From contig JAZRBN010000025.1 of NCBI GenBank assembly GCA_045635105.1, forward strand, positions 8,054 through 72,053: DNA of 64,000 nucleotides. The letters run 5' to 3'. Under the pieces are notes generated by a model. It was not told where the DNA came from. It made no database searches and saw nothing but the letters and a program-made list of their open reading frames with translations. Within the stretch, counting starts at the first letter, position 1; the number at the start of each line of letters is the position of its first letter. Below, one piece after another: positions 27,868 to 37,301 of the stretch. The stretch comes from Faecousia sp. (GTDB taxonomy: Bacteria > Bacillota > Clostridia > Oscillospirales > Oscillospiraceae). A program made the position numbers and the translations under genes.

Positions 27868-29670
27868 TTATTTGTACAGAGGGCCGTAGGTGGCGCAGGC
27901 GCGGTAGTCCTGGCCTTCCTTGTCCATACCGAATGCATTCCAGCAGGCAGGACGGTAGATGTCTTCCTCAGGTACGTTGTGCATACATACGGGAATCCGC
28001 AGCATAGAGCACATGGTGATCAGGTCCGCACCGATGTGGCCGTAGGAGATGGCACCGTGGTTAGCGCCCCAGTTCATCATGACCTCGTAAGCGGTCTTGA
28101 AGGGGGAGCCTTCCTTGCCGTCGCAGCGAGGTGCAAACCAGGTGCAGGGCCAGGTGGGGTTGGTGCGCTCCATCAGGGTGTCGGAGACGTCATCGGGCAG
28201 GTTGACGGTCCAGCCTTCTGCGATCTGCAATACAGGACCCAGACCCTTCACCAGATTCATACGGATCATAGTGCAGGGCATTTCGGCCTTGGTTGTGTAG
28301 TGGCTGGAGAATCCGCCGCCGCGGAAGTTGTCGAAGCCGGCTTCGCACCATACGGTAGCATCGGTCATCTTCTTGATGTCCTCGTCGGTAACCTCCCACC
28401 ACTTCTTCATGATGGCATTGCCGTTCTCGTCAGTGCAGACACCGGAAGCATCCAGGCAGGCAGCGCCGGAGTTCAGCAGGTGGATGATACCGTTGGACTC
28501 TTTGGCTTTGCCTTCCAGCTTGTAGCCGGTAACCCGCTCGGTGGCCTCGCCGGACCAGTAGGTACGCACATCGGCAAAGATCTGCGCACGGTGGGTCAGC
28601 AGACGCATCATCAGCATACCCATACCGTTGAGAATGTCGTTCTCAGTAGCCAGGGTGTAGGGCTCACGGGCGCCTTCGTAGTCAAAGGTAGAGGACAGCA
28701 GAGCCTCGGGATAGTCGCAGTTGGGCCAGTGATCGGTCCATTGACGCTGACCCTGGAAGCCGCCGGCAATGGCGTTGTGGCCAACCTTTTCTTCCTCGAA
28801 CTTGTCGTCCAGCTTGGGGTTGCCAGCCATCAGATCCTTGATAATGCAGTACATCTTGACGGTGAATTCCCACTGCTTTTCCTTCTCTTCATCAGAGAAT
28901 TTTACCATTTCGGGGTTATCGTCGCGGCCTTCCTTGCAGTGCTCCTTGGTCCAAGCCAGTGCCTTCTGATAGTCTTCTTCGCAGTAGATGCCTTCTTCCA
29001 TGCGGCGCAGGATTTCTACCTCGTCCACGGATTCAACACGCATACCGAAGAAGTTTTCCAGCATATCCTGGTCCATAATGGAGCCGGCAATACCCATACA
29101 CTGAGAGCCGATTTGCAGGTAGGACTTGCCGCGCATAGTAGCAACAGCAACAGCGGCGCGGCCAAAGCGCAGCAGCTTTTCCTTAACGTCCTCGGGAATC
29201 TGCGTAACCTGATCCCGGTCCTGTACCTCGTGGCCGTAGATGCCGAAGGCGGGCAGACCCTTCTGGGCGTGTCCTGCCAGAACAGCGGCTAAGTACACAG
29301 CGCCGGGACGCTCAGTACCGTTGAAGCCCCATACGCCCTTAATGGTGTGGGGATCCATATCCATAGTCTCGCTGCCGTAGCACCAGCAGGGGGTAACGGA
29401 CAGCGTGATGGAAACGCCTTCCTTTTTGAACTTGTTGGCGCAGGCGGCAGCTTCAGGAACGCGTCCGATGCAGGTGTCAGCCATAACAACCTTAACAGGC
29501 TCGCCGTTGGAGTAGAACAGGTTCTCCTCAAACAGCTTCTTGGCAGACTCTGCCATTGCCCATACCAGGGGCTCCAGAGATTCACGGAGCTTCAGGGGGC
29601 CGCGGCGGCCGTCTACGATGGGACGAATACCAATAACAGGGTAATCGCCGACATATCTATTTTTTGCCAT
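27868..29670 (-). CDS. fucI: L-fucose (D-arabinose) isomerase
   Basis: IGIRP..DGRR, TPCWCYGSET, GFNGTERPGAVYL, GFQGQRQWTD, ATEND, FADVRTYWS, WGANHG, GQDYRAC. Confidence 0.96.
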   Translation of the reverse strand: MAKNRYVGDYPVIGIRPIVDGRRGPLKLRESLEPLVWAMAESAKKLFEENLFYSNGEPVKVVMADTCIGRVPEAAACANKFKKEGVSITLSVTPCWCYGSETMDMDPHTIKGVWGFNGTERPGAVYLAAVLAGHAQKGLPAFGIYGHEVQDRDQVTQIPEDVKEKLLRFGRAAVAVATMRGKSYLQIGSQCMGIAGSIMDQDMLENFFGMRVESVDEVEILRRMEEGIYCEEDYQKALAWTKEHCKEGRDDNPEMVKFSDEEKEKQWEFTVKMYCIIKDLMAGNPKLDDKFEEEKVGHNAIAGGFQGQRQWTDHWPNCDYPEALLSSTFDYEGAREPYTLATENDILNGMGMLMMRLLTHRAQIFADVRTYWSGEATERVTGYKLEGKAKESNGIIHLLNSGAACLDASGVCTDENGNAIMKKWWEVTDEDIKKMTDATVWCEAGFDNFRGGGFSSHYTTKAEMPCTMIRMNLVKGLGPVLQIAEGWTVNLPDDVSDTLMERTNPTWPCTWFAPRCDGKEGSPFKTAYEVMMNWGANHGAISYGHIGADLITMCSMLRIPVCMHNVPEEDIYRPACWNAFGMDKEGQDYRACATYGPLYK

Positions 29671-29730
29671 TGTTATTTCCTCCTTGAATATACAATAATC
29701 TATAAATACGCGTTTGCGTTTTATACTGGT

Positions 29731-30711
29731 TTATTCCGGCGTGATCCGGCATTTCAGCCGGGCGATGCGGGTTTGGCCGTTATGCCCGTCCAGACGGTCC
29801 AGAAGAAACTGGGCGGCGGTAACGCCGATGAGCTGATCCGGCTGCTGCACTACGGGCAGGGGAGGGTTCATCATTGAACAGGTCTCCACGCTGTCAAAGC
29901 CAAAGACATCCACATCCTCCGGAATTTGCAGACCCCGTTCCCGGGCAGCGGTAATGAAGCCCATAGTGATGTCGTAATTGGTGGTAAATACGGCGGTTGG
30001 CCGATCTGCCAGGTTCATTAAAAGCCCGCAGCTGCGATAGCCGGTAGCAAAATCGTTTTGTCCGCTGATGATCAGATTATCATCGTATAGAATGTTCGCG
30101 TTGGACAGCGCCCGCAGGTAACCAACCATTCGTTCCTTGGCAGTAAATACGGATTTGGGGCCGGTAATAATGGCGATGCGGTTGTGTCCGCCGGCAATCA
30201 GCTTGCTGACTGCCTGAAAGACAATCTCTGTGTTGTCCACAAGCACAGCGTCCACATCTACACCTTGGATCATACGGTCGATCTGGACGATGGGAAGTCC
30301 GCGGTTGGCGGTCAGCTCGTTAAACTCCTCAGCGGAGAGATCCTCCGGCGCGTATATCAGCCCGTCAATACCACAGGTGAGCATAAATTTCAGGTTGTCC
30401 CGTTCCATACCGTGGTTTGCGCCGTAGCAGGAAATCAGGCAGTGATAGTCCCGCTCCCGCAAGGTGCGGGACAGGGTCATAACCACATTGGCGTAGAAGG
30501 GGGCGGTCATATCCGGAATCAGCACGCCGATGCTGCGATTTCGCTGGGACTTTAATCCCCGGGCAAAAGGGTCAACCCGATAGTCCAGAGCCTCAATGGC
30601 GGCGCGAATCGATTCGGCATTTTCCTGACGAACACTTCCACCGTTTAAGAATTTGGATATGGTAGACGGCGCAACACCGGCCATACGCGCCACATCTTTA
30701 ATAGTTGCCAT
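29731..30711 (-). CDS. LacI family transcriptional regulator
   Basis: ATIKDVARMAGVAPSTIS HTH, ARGL hinge, IDR, GFD. Confidence 0.93.
   Translation of the reverse strand: MATIKDVARMAGVAPSTISKFLNGGSVRQENAESIRAAIEALDYRVDPFARGLKSQRNRSIGVLIPDMTAPFYANVVMTLSRTLRERDYHCLISCYGANHGMERDNLKFMLTCGIDGLIYAPEDLSAEEFNELTANRGLPIVQIDRMIQGVDVDAVLVDNTEIVFQAVSKLIAGGHNRIAIITGPKSVFTAKERMVGYLRALSNANILYDDNLIISGQNDFATGYRSCGLLMNLADRPTAVFTTNYDITMGFITAARERGLQIPEDVDVFGFDSVETCSMMNPPLPVVQQPDQLIGVTAAQFLLDRLDGHNGQTRIARLKCRITPE
30603..30617. promoter_or_regulatory. Putative auxiliary LacI operator inside the lacI coding region
   Basis: CGCGAATCGATTCGG, first 14 nt identical to the 30739 palindrome. Confidence 0.55.
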
Positions 30712-30738
30712 TGTTGCACCTCCATTTTTCTGCCAAAA

Positions 30739-30754
30739 CGCGAATCGATTCGCG
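30739..30754. promoter_or_regulatory. LacI operator (autoregulatory)
   Basis: Perfect 16-bp palindrome CGCGAATCGATTCGCG with central CG, in the lacI 5' UTR. Confidence 0.75.
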
Positions 30755-30838
30755 CTTTGACGCAGGGTCAGCCACGACTGACATAATTATAATATAAAAA
30801 CAATTTTGTGCTGTCAACACAATTTTTGAAAAAATATA

Positions 30839-30867
30839 TTGATTTTTTTAGTAAAGTTTATTATAAT
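30839..30867 (+). promoter_or_regulatory. Sigma-A promoter of the sugar ABC operon
   Basis: TTGATT-17nt-TATAAT. Confidence 0.55.
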
Positions 30868-30914
30868 ACCCTTGTGAATGGGAAAGGGCATATGCTATGA
30901 GTAATACAGCACAA

Positions 30915-30928
30915 GCGAATCGTTTCGT
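30915..30928. promoter_or_regulatory. LacI operator upstream of the ABC operon
   Basis: GCGAATCGTTTCGT, variant of the 30739 palindrome. Confidence 0.65.
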
Positions 30929-31075
30929 TTTTGTGCAAAATATAAAAGCAATGTGCGTTTTGTTGGATTTCCCAGGTTGAGAGAGCTTTTTACAAACCAG
31001 TAATTGCAGATTCAGAACGGGGTTTCGGCCTTTTCTGATGTTCAATTTTATTAAACAACGAAAGGTGATGTTGGA

Positions 31076-32575
31076 ATGGGCGAAACAATTCTGAAAATGC
31101 AAGGCATTCAGAAGTATTTCTCCGGCGTGCATGCGCTCAACGGTGTCAATTTTGAATTGAAGGCCGGCGAGGTCCATGCGCTGATGGGTGAAAACGGTGC
31201 CGGCAAGTCTACATTAATTAAAGTGCTTTGCGGCATACATAAGCGGGACGGCGGCAGTGTGGAATACTTCGGCCAGGAAGTGGATTTCAATAATATAGCC
31301 GAATCCCAGGCTGCGGGTATCAGCGTGATTCATCAGGAGCTGAATATGATGAACCACTTGACCGTGGCGCAGAATATGTTTATCGGTCGTGAGTTTAAGC
31401 GCGGCGCTTTCATCAATGATAAGAAGATGGAAGAAGAGGCGCAGAAGCTCTTTGATAAAATGGGTGTTAAAATTGACCCGGCCACCAAGCTGGGCGACCT
31501 GACCGTTGGCAAGCAGCAGATGGTGGAAATTGCCAAGGCTGTCTCCCGGGAATGTAAGCTGCTGGTTTTGGATGAGCCTACCGCAGCATTGACGCTTCCC
31601 GAGGTTGAGGAGCTTTTCAAGATTATGAACGACCTGCGGGATAAGGGAATCGGTATGATTTACATTTCCCACCGTATGGACGAAATCAACCGAATCTCCG
31701 ACCGTGTTACCGTTATGCGGGACGGCGAATATGTAGGCACAGTCAATACCGCTGAGGTTACTAAGGACGACATCGTGAAGATGATGGTCGGCCGTGTGAT
31801 TATGGGCGAACAGAAGGAAGCAAGCGCTGTGCCTGCCGATGCGCCTGTTGTGTTGGAGGTCAAGCACTTAAATGCCGGCAAGGAAGTCAAGGACGTGAGC
31901 TTCACCCTCCGCAAGGGCGAGATTCTTGGCTTTGCAGGCCTTATGGGCGCCGGCCGTACCGAGGTTGCCCGTGCTCTTTACGGCGCTGATTCCAGACAGA
32001 CCGGTGAGATCTTCCTCAACGGTAAGAAGGTAAAAATCAAGACTCCCGAGCAGGCTGTCAAGAACGGCATCTGCTATTTGAGTGAGGACCGGAAGCGCTT
32101 CGGTCTGATGCTGGATAAATCCGTTACCCAGAACTCTGCTATTGCATCTGTGGACAATTACATCAAAGCCGGTATTATTGATGACGGCAAGATGCGGGAT
32201 GTTTCCGCGGAGATCAACGCAAAGCTGCGCACCAAGACACCGTCTATGGAGCAGCTGCTGAAAAACCTTTCCGGCGGCAACCAGCAGAAGGTTATCATTG
32301 CTCGCTGGCTGATGAAGAATTCCGATGTCTTTATCTTTGATGAGCCCACCCGCGGTATTGACGTGGGCGCCAAGAGTGAGATTTACAATCTGATGGAGGA
32401 TTTGACCAAGCAGGGAAAATCCATCATTATGATTTCTTCCGAACTGCCTGAGGTTCTGCGTATGAGCGACCGGATCATCGTGATGTGCGAGGGTCGCAAA
32501 ACCGGAGAACTGGACATTTCCGAAGCTACACAGGAAAATATTATGCAACTTGCCACAATGCGAGAGGAGAATTGA
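31076..32575 (+). CDS. Monosaccharide ABC transporter ATP-binding protein (RbsA/MglA type)
   Basis: GENGAGKST, LDEPT, LSGGNQQK, FDEPTRGIDVGAK. Confidence 0.95.
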   Translation: MGETILKMQGIQKYFSGVHALNGVNFELKAGEVHALMGENGAGKSTLIKVLCGIHKRDGGSVEYFGQEVDFNNIAESQAAGISVIHQELNMMNHLTVAQNMFIGREFKRGAFINDKKMEEEAQKLFDKMGVKIDPATKLGDLTVGKQQMVEIAKAVSRECKLLVLDEPTAALTLPEVEELFKIMNDLRDKGIGMIYISHRMDEINRISDRVTVMRDGEYVGTVNTAEVTKDDIVKMMVGRVIMGEQKEASAVPADAPVVLEVKHLNAGKEVKDVSFTLRKGEILGFAGLMGAGRTEVARALYGADSRQTGEIFLNGKKVKIKTPEQAVKNGICYLSEDRKRFGLMLDKSVTQNSAIASVDNYIKAGIIDDGKMRDVSAEINAKLRTKTPSMEQLLKNLSGGNQQKVIIARWLMKNSDVFIFDEPTRGIDVGAKSEIYNLMEDLTKQGKSIIMISSELPEVLRMSDRIIVMCEGRKTGELDISEATQENIMQLATMREEN

Positions 32576-32576
32576 T

Positions 32577-33650
32577 ATGAGCAACAATAAAAGTCCCCTG
32601 ACCAAAGCAAAGAACCTGCTGTCCGGCGGCAAGCAGAACTTCGTAATTATTTTAGCCGCTGTGGTTCTGTTTGTGGTCTTTTACCTGATTAACCCCGGCT
32701 TTGCCAGCGAAGGCAACCTGCTGACTATGACCAAGGCTTTGGTTCCTTATGCGATTTTGTCCCTGGGCGTTACCTTCGTTATCGCCACCGGCGGTATTGA
32801 CCTTTCTATTGGTACCGTATGCTTCGGCTCTGCCGTTCTGGCTGGCGCGCTGTGTAAGACCGGCGTTTCCGCTGACGAAGGCACTCTGTGGCTGACCATT
32901 CCCATTATCCTGGTTACCGGCTTGATTTTCGGTCTGATTAACGGTCTGCTGGTTGCCAAGTGCAAGATCGCTCCCTTTATTGCAACCCTGGGCTCTATGC
33001 TCTTCTCCCGTGGCTTGACCGCAGTGGTTGCGGAAGCTGTCCGCGGTACTTCTTCCGCTATTAAGTACCCCTCCACCGGTTGGTTCCAGAAAATTTTCAC
33101 CAACCTGAACGGTTTCCCCATCGGTATTGTTTGGGTGCTGGGTCTGACCGTTATCTGTATGGTGGTTATGTACAAGACCAAGATTGGCCGTTATATTCTG
33201 GCTATCGGCTCCAATGAAGAGGCCGCCCGCCTGTCCGGTATCAATACCGACAAGTACAAGATCATCGCTTATGTGATCTGCGGTGTCTTCGCTTCTATGG
33301 CTGCTCTGTTCTATGTGGCTGCGAACCCCTCTTTGAATCTGGCTGCCGGCAACGGTATGGAGCTGGATGCAGTTGCAGGCGTTTACATCGGCGGCACTTC
33401 CACCACCGGTGGCTCTGCTACCATCATCGGCACCATCCTGGGCGCTCTGATCCTGGTCATTATCCGTCAGGGCCTGAACCTGGCGATGGCCGGCGGCGTT
33501 GGCATCTCCGCAACCAACATTACTTATGCCGTTACCGGTATCATCGTGGTTGGCGCTGTTATGCTGGACGTTTTGAAGAAGAAGAACGCAGCTAAGGTTA
33601 AGATTCCTGTTGCTGAAACCAAAAGTGAAAAGCCTGAGGTAAAGGCGTAA
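32577..33650 (+). CDS. Monosaccharide ABC transporter permease
   Basis: TGGIDLSIG, PFIATLG, IGSNEEAARLSGI, ELDAVAG..IGG. Confidence 0.93.
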   Translation: MSNNKSPLTKAKNLLSGGKQNFVIILAAVVLFVVFYLINPGFASEGNLLTMTKALVPYAILSLGVTFVIATGGIDLSIGTVCFGSAVLAGALCKTGVSADEGTLWLTIPIILVTGLIFGLINGLLVAKCKIAPFIATLGSMLFSRGLTAVVAEAVRGTSSAIKYPSTGWFQKIFTNLNGFPIGIVWVLGLTVICMVVMYKTKIGRYILAIGSNEEAARLSGINTDKYKIIAYVICGVFASMAALFYVAANPSLNLAAGNGMELDAVAGVYIGGTSTTGGSATIIGTILGALILVIIRQGLNLAMAGGVGISATNITYAVTGIIVVGAVMLDVLKKKNAAKVKIPVAETKSEKPEVKA

Positions 33651-33715
33651 GCTCGTATATTAAAACCGTGAGGTTTTATATAAAAAACAAAAATCATTTT
33701 AGGAGGAAACACATT

Positions 33716-34741
33716 ATGAAGAAACTCATTGCATTGCTCCTGGCTCTGGTTCTGGTTGTGGGTCTGGTAGCATGTGGCAACAAGCCCGCCGGTTCCGAAA
33801 CCAAGGGTACTATCGCTGTTGTCGCAAAGGGCGAAACCCACGCTTTCTGGCAGGCTGTTAAGGCCGGTGCCGTTGACGCAGGTAAGGCTGCTGGTTACAA
33901 CGTAACCTTCCAGGGCCCCACCTCTGAGTCTGAGAGCGAAGTTCCCAATCAGCGTAACATGGTTGAGTCCGCTCTGAACACCAAGGACATCAAGGCTATC
34001 GTTCTGGCTACCATCGGCACCGGCTTCGTTGATCAGCTGGTTGCTGCTTACGACAAGGGTCTGCCTGTTGTTGAGTTCGACTCCGGTCTGTACTCCAACG
34101 GCGCTGACATCACCGAGGGCAAGGACCCCACCATCGGCTCCGTAGCTACCGATAACAAGAAGGCTGGCGGCGTTGTTGCTGAGAACTTCTACGCTTACTT
34201 GAAGGCTCAGAACGTTCTGGTCAACGGCTACAAGGTCGGCGTTATCCAGCACGACTCCACCTCCACCGGTATCGACCGCGCTGAGGGCTTCATCGAGAAG
34301 ATCGAAGAGCTGGCAAAGGCTGACTCCATCACTCTGGAAATCAACCGTCAGGAAAAGCAGAACAACGCCGGCGAATACAAGCTGGGTCTGACTGCTTTGA
34401 AGGAGTGGGGCGCACAGGCTATCTTCATGACCAACGAAGGTGTTGTGAATGAAGTTTACCCCGAGGTCAAGGACAATGCTGCTGACTACAAGGAAATCCT
34501 GTTCTGCGGCTTTGACGCCGGCACCAACCAGTACGACTGGATCAAGGACGGCGGCGCTACCTGCGCTCTGTTGGTTGGCTCTGTTGCTCAGGACTCCTAC
34601 TCCATCGGCGCTGAGGCTGTCAAGCTGGCTATCGCTAAGCTGGAAGGCAAGGAAGTTTCCGATGTAGGTATCGGCGGTCAGTGGTACAACAAGGACAACA
34701 TTGACGAGCTGAAGGACAAGAACATCTTCTACATGGGCTAA
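33716..34741 (+). CDS. Monosaccharide ABC substrate-binding lipoprotein
   Basis: Lipobox LVAC, HAFWQAVKAGA, FDSG, TDN, GFD, QDSYSIG; AGGAGG RBS; strongly biased codons. Confidence 0.93.
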   Translation: MKKLIALLLALVLVVGLVACGNKPAGSETKGTIAVVAKGETHAFWQAVKAGAVDAGKAAGYNVTFQGPTSESESEVPNQRNMVESALNTKDIKAIVLATIGTGFVDQLVAAYDKGLPVVEFDSGLYSNGADITEGKDPTIGSVATDNKKAGGVVAENFYAYLKAQNVLVNGYKVGVIQHDSTSTGIDRAEGFIEKIEELAKADSITLEINRQEKQNNAGEYKLGLTALKEWGAQAIFMTNEGVVNEVYPEVKDNAADYKEILFCGFDAGTNQYDWIKDGGATCALLVGSVAQDSYSIGAEAVKLAIAKLEGKEVSDVGIGGQWYNKDNIDELKDKNIFYMG

Positions 34742-34780
34742 TTTCTATCCCATAATTGAAGATACTTACGGCTGAAACCG

Positions 34781-34810
34781 ACCGGCACCACTTCGGTGGT
34801 GCCGGTTTTT
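34781..34810 (+). terminator. Rho-independent terminator
   Basis: ACCGGCACCAC-TTCG-GTGGTGCCGGT-TTTT. Confidence 0.85.
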
Positions 34811-34823
34811 CGGTACACGGCTG

Positions 34824-34886
34824 AATACTGAATCAAGGGAAAAACTTTGATTCAGTATTGAACTGTGTGATTGAAAGTTGTATAAT
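34824..34886 (+). promoter_or_regulatory. Promoter of the catabolic operon with a 13-bp inverted repeat overlapping -35
   Basis: TTGAAC-17nt-TATAAT (34858-34886); AATACTGAATCAA/TTGATTCAGTATT at 34824-34859. Confidence 0.65.
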
Positions 34887-34918
34887 AGTCTAAGGAAATT
34901 TATAACAGGAGCGTTTGT

Positions 34919-36394
34919 ATGGACAGAATCAGAAATTTTATTGCTTTTGACCTGGGCGCCAGTAACGGCCGCGCCATTTTGGGCCGGTTTGACGGTGAGA
35001 AAATCACCATGCGGGAGCTGCACCGCTTTGAAAACCATTACATAGAGATGAACGGCGTGTTCTACTGGGATACTCCGTATCTGTACAATCAGTTAAAGCA
35101 GGGCCTGCTTGCCTTTAAGCAGGGCGGTTATGGCGAATTGGACGCCTTCGGTATTGATACCTGGGGCGTGGATTACGGCCTGCTGGATAAAAACGGACAC
35201 CTTGCCGGTGTGCCTCGCTCCTACCGGCTGGGCACACAGGAGGATATTGATGCGGTAAAGGAGAAGATTCCCACCGAGACCCTCTACAGCCGCACCGGTA
35301 TCGACACCAATCTGACCTTCAACACCGTCTATCAGCTCTATCGCAGAGTCCGTGAGGACGATGCTGCTTTGGAAATTGCGGATACCATGCTGCTGACCCC
35401 CGATCTGCTGGGTTATTTCCTCACCGGCGCCAAGGGAACGGAGTATACTATTGCTACTACCACTGGCTTGTACAACCCCACCACCAAGGATTGGGATTGG
35501 GAGACCATTGAAGCCTTGGGACTGCCCAAGAGAATATTCACCAAAATTGATAAGACCGGCACGATCCGCGGTCATCTGCGCAAGGAATTGTGCCAGGAGC
35601 TGGGACTGAATCCTGCGCCCTTTGTGGCTGTGGGCAGCCACGATACCGCTTCCGCCGTGGCAGCGATTCCCGGTAAGGGCAGCTTTGCTTTCTGCTCTTC
35701 CGGCACTTGGAGTCTGTTTGGCGCAGAAATGGATAAGCCGGACCTAAGTATGGATGCGCAGAACCGTGGCTTCTCCAACGAGGGTACAATTCAAGGCACC
35801 TATCGCCCCTTAAATACCATTATCGGTATGTGGATCATTCAGGAATGCCGCCGTGATTGGATCAAGGCAGGCATCGAAATGAGCTGGGATGAGATTGTGG
35901 TGGCTGCCCGTGGCGCGGAAGCCTTGCGGAGCATTATCAATCCTGATGATTCCCGGTTCTATGCCGGCGGTAATATGGTGCAGAAGATCAAGGATTTCTG
36001 CAAGGAGACCAGCCAGCCTGTTCCCGAAACCGTGGGGCAGATCGCGCGCACGGTCTATGAATCCCTGGCGCTGAAATATCGCAGCGCTTTGGAGGGCCTG
36101 GAAACTATGAAGGGTCAGCGGATTGATTCGCTGAACATCGTAGGCGGACCGATCAATAATAAGTTCCTGAACCAGCTGATTGCGGACTCCCTTGACAGAG
36201 AGGTTGTTACCGGTCCTGTGGAAGGCGCAGCTATTGGCAACCTTCTGACCCAGGCTATGGCGCTGGGCGATATTAAGGATTTGGACCAGCTGCGGCAGGT
36301 TGTGCGCAATTCCGAGTCCGTGGAATATTGGACACCTAACCACACAGAAGCGTGGGAAGAAGCCTACCAGAAATTACTTACATTTTTGAAATAA
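34919..36394 (+). CDS. FGGY rhamnulokinase/fuculokinase-family ketose kinase
   Basis: AFDLGASNGR, GIDTWGVDY, FNTVYQL, SHDTASAV, SSGTWSL, NEG, GPVEG.AIGN. Confidence 0.9.
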   Translation: MDRIRNFIAFDLGASNGRAILGRFDGEKITMRELHRFENHYIEMNGVFYWDTPYLYNQLKQGLLAFKQGGYGELDAFGIDTWGVDYGLLDKNGHLAGVPRSYRLGTQEDIDAVKEKIPTETLYSRTGIDTNLTFNTVYQLYRRVREDDAALEIADTMLLTPDLLGYFLTGAKGTEYTIATTTGLYNPTTKDWDWETIEALGLPKRIFTKIDKTGTIRGHLRKELCQELGLNPAPFVAVGSHDTASAVAAIPGKGSFAFCSSGTWSLFGAEMDKPDLSMDAQNRGFSNEGTIQGTYRPLNTIIGMWIIQECRRDWIKAGIEMSWDEIVVAARGAEALRSIINPDDSRFYAGGNMVQKIKDFCKETSQPVPETVGQIARTVYESLALKYRSALEGLETMKGQRIDSLNIVGGPINNKFLNQLIADSLDREVVTGPVEGAAIGNLLTQAMALGDIKDLDQLRQVVRNSESVEYWTPNHTEAWEEAYQKLLTFLK

Positions 36395-36410
36395 CAAAGG
36401 AGATGCAGTT

Positions 36411-37289
36411 ATGAGCGTAGATATGACAAAATGGCAGGCCATTGCCAAGGAAAACATCCATAACCGTCCCGCAGGCACCGGCCGCCTGGCAGGCAAAATC
36501 ACCATCGTTACCGGCGCGGCGCAGGGCTTTGGCAAGGGTATTGCCGAGGAGCTGTACAAAGAGGGCGCAACCATTATCATTGCCGATATGAACCTGCCCC
36601 TGGCTGAGACTGTGGCTGCCGAAATGGGTGATCGCGCATGGGCAATCGCTGTGAATGTTTCCGATGAGGAGAGCTGCGCCAATATGGTGGCGCAGGTGGT
36701 GGAGAAGTTTGGAGGTTTGGATATTATGGTTGCCAACGCTGGCGTTGTCCGCTCCGGTCCTATCGCGGAGTTTGAGAAGAAGGACTTCGATTTTGTTACC
36801 GCAATCAACTACACCGGCCTGTTCCTCACCTGCAAGTACGCTGCTATTATTATGCAGGCACAGCACGAGGCTGACCCTACCGCTATGTTTGACATCATCG
36901 CTATGTCCTCTAAGTCCGGTTTGGAAGGCTCCAATAAGAACTTTGCTTACGCCGGCTCTAAGTTTGGCGCTATCGGACTGGTCCAGTCCTTTGCGTTGGA
37001 GCTGTGCGCTTACAACATTAAGGTCAACGCCATCTGCCCCGGTAACTACCTGGACGGTCCTCTGTGGTCCGACCCCGAGCGCGGCCTGTTTGTCCAGTAC
37101 TTAAATGCCGGTAAGGTGCCCGGCGCTAAGACTGTTGAGGATGTGCGCAAGTTCTACGAGGCAAAGGCGCCTATGAACCGGGGCTGCCTGCCTATCGACG
37201 TTGCCCGCGCGGTGATGTACTGCGTGGAGCAGAAGTACGAAACCGGCCAGGCTCTGCCTGTTACCGGCGGACAGGTTATGCTGAACTGA
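36411..37289 (+). CDS. SDR, sorbitol-6-phosphate 2-dehydrogenase (SrlD/SorD)-like
   Basis: TGAAQGFG, NAG, SSKSG, YAGSKFG, QSFALEL, RGC, GQALPVTGGQVM. Confidence 0.85.
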   Translation: MSVDMTKWQAIAKENIHNRPAGTGRLAGKITIVTGAAQGFGKGIAEELYKEGATIIIADMNLPLAETVAAEMGDRAWAIAVNVSDEESCANMVAQVVEKFGGLDIMVANAGVVRSGPIAEFEKKDFDFVTAINYTGLFLTCKYAAIIMQAQHEADPTAMFDIIAMSSKSGLEGSNKNFAYAGSKFGAIGLVQSFALELCAYNIKVNAICPGNYLDGPLWSDPERGLFVQYLNAGKVPGAKTVEDVRKFYEAKAPMNRGCLPIDVARAVMYCVEQKYETGQALPVTGGQVMLN

Positions 37290-37301
37290 TAAGGAAATAT
37301 T

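Noticed and set aside
31011-31038. Hairpin TCAGAA...TTCTGA in the ABC operon leader as a riboswitch
   Set aside because: Single imperfect stem with no recognisable aptamer motifs; LacI operators already explain regulation
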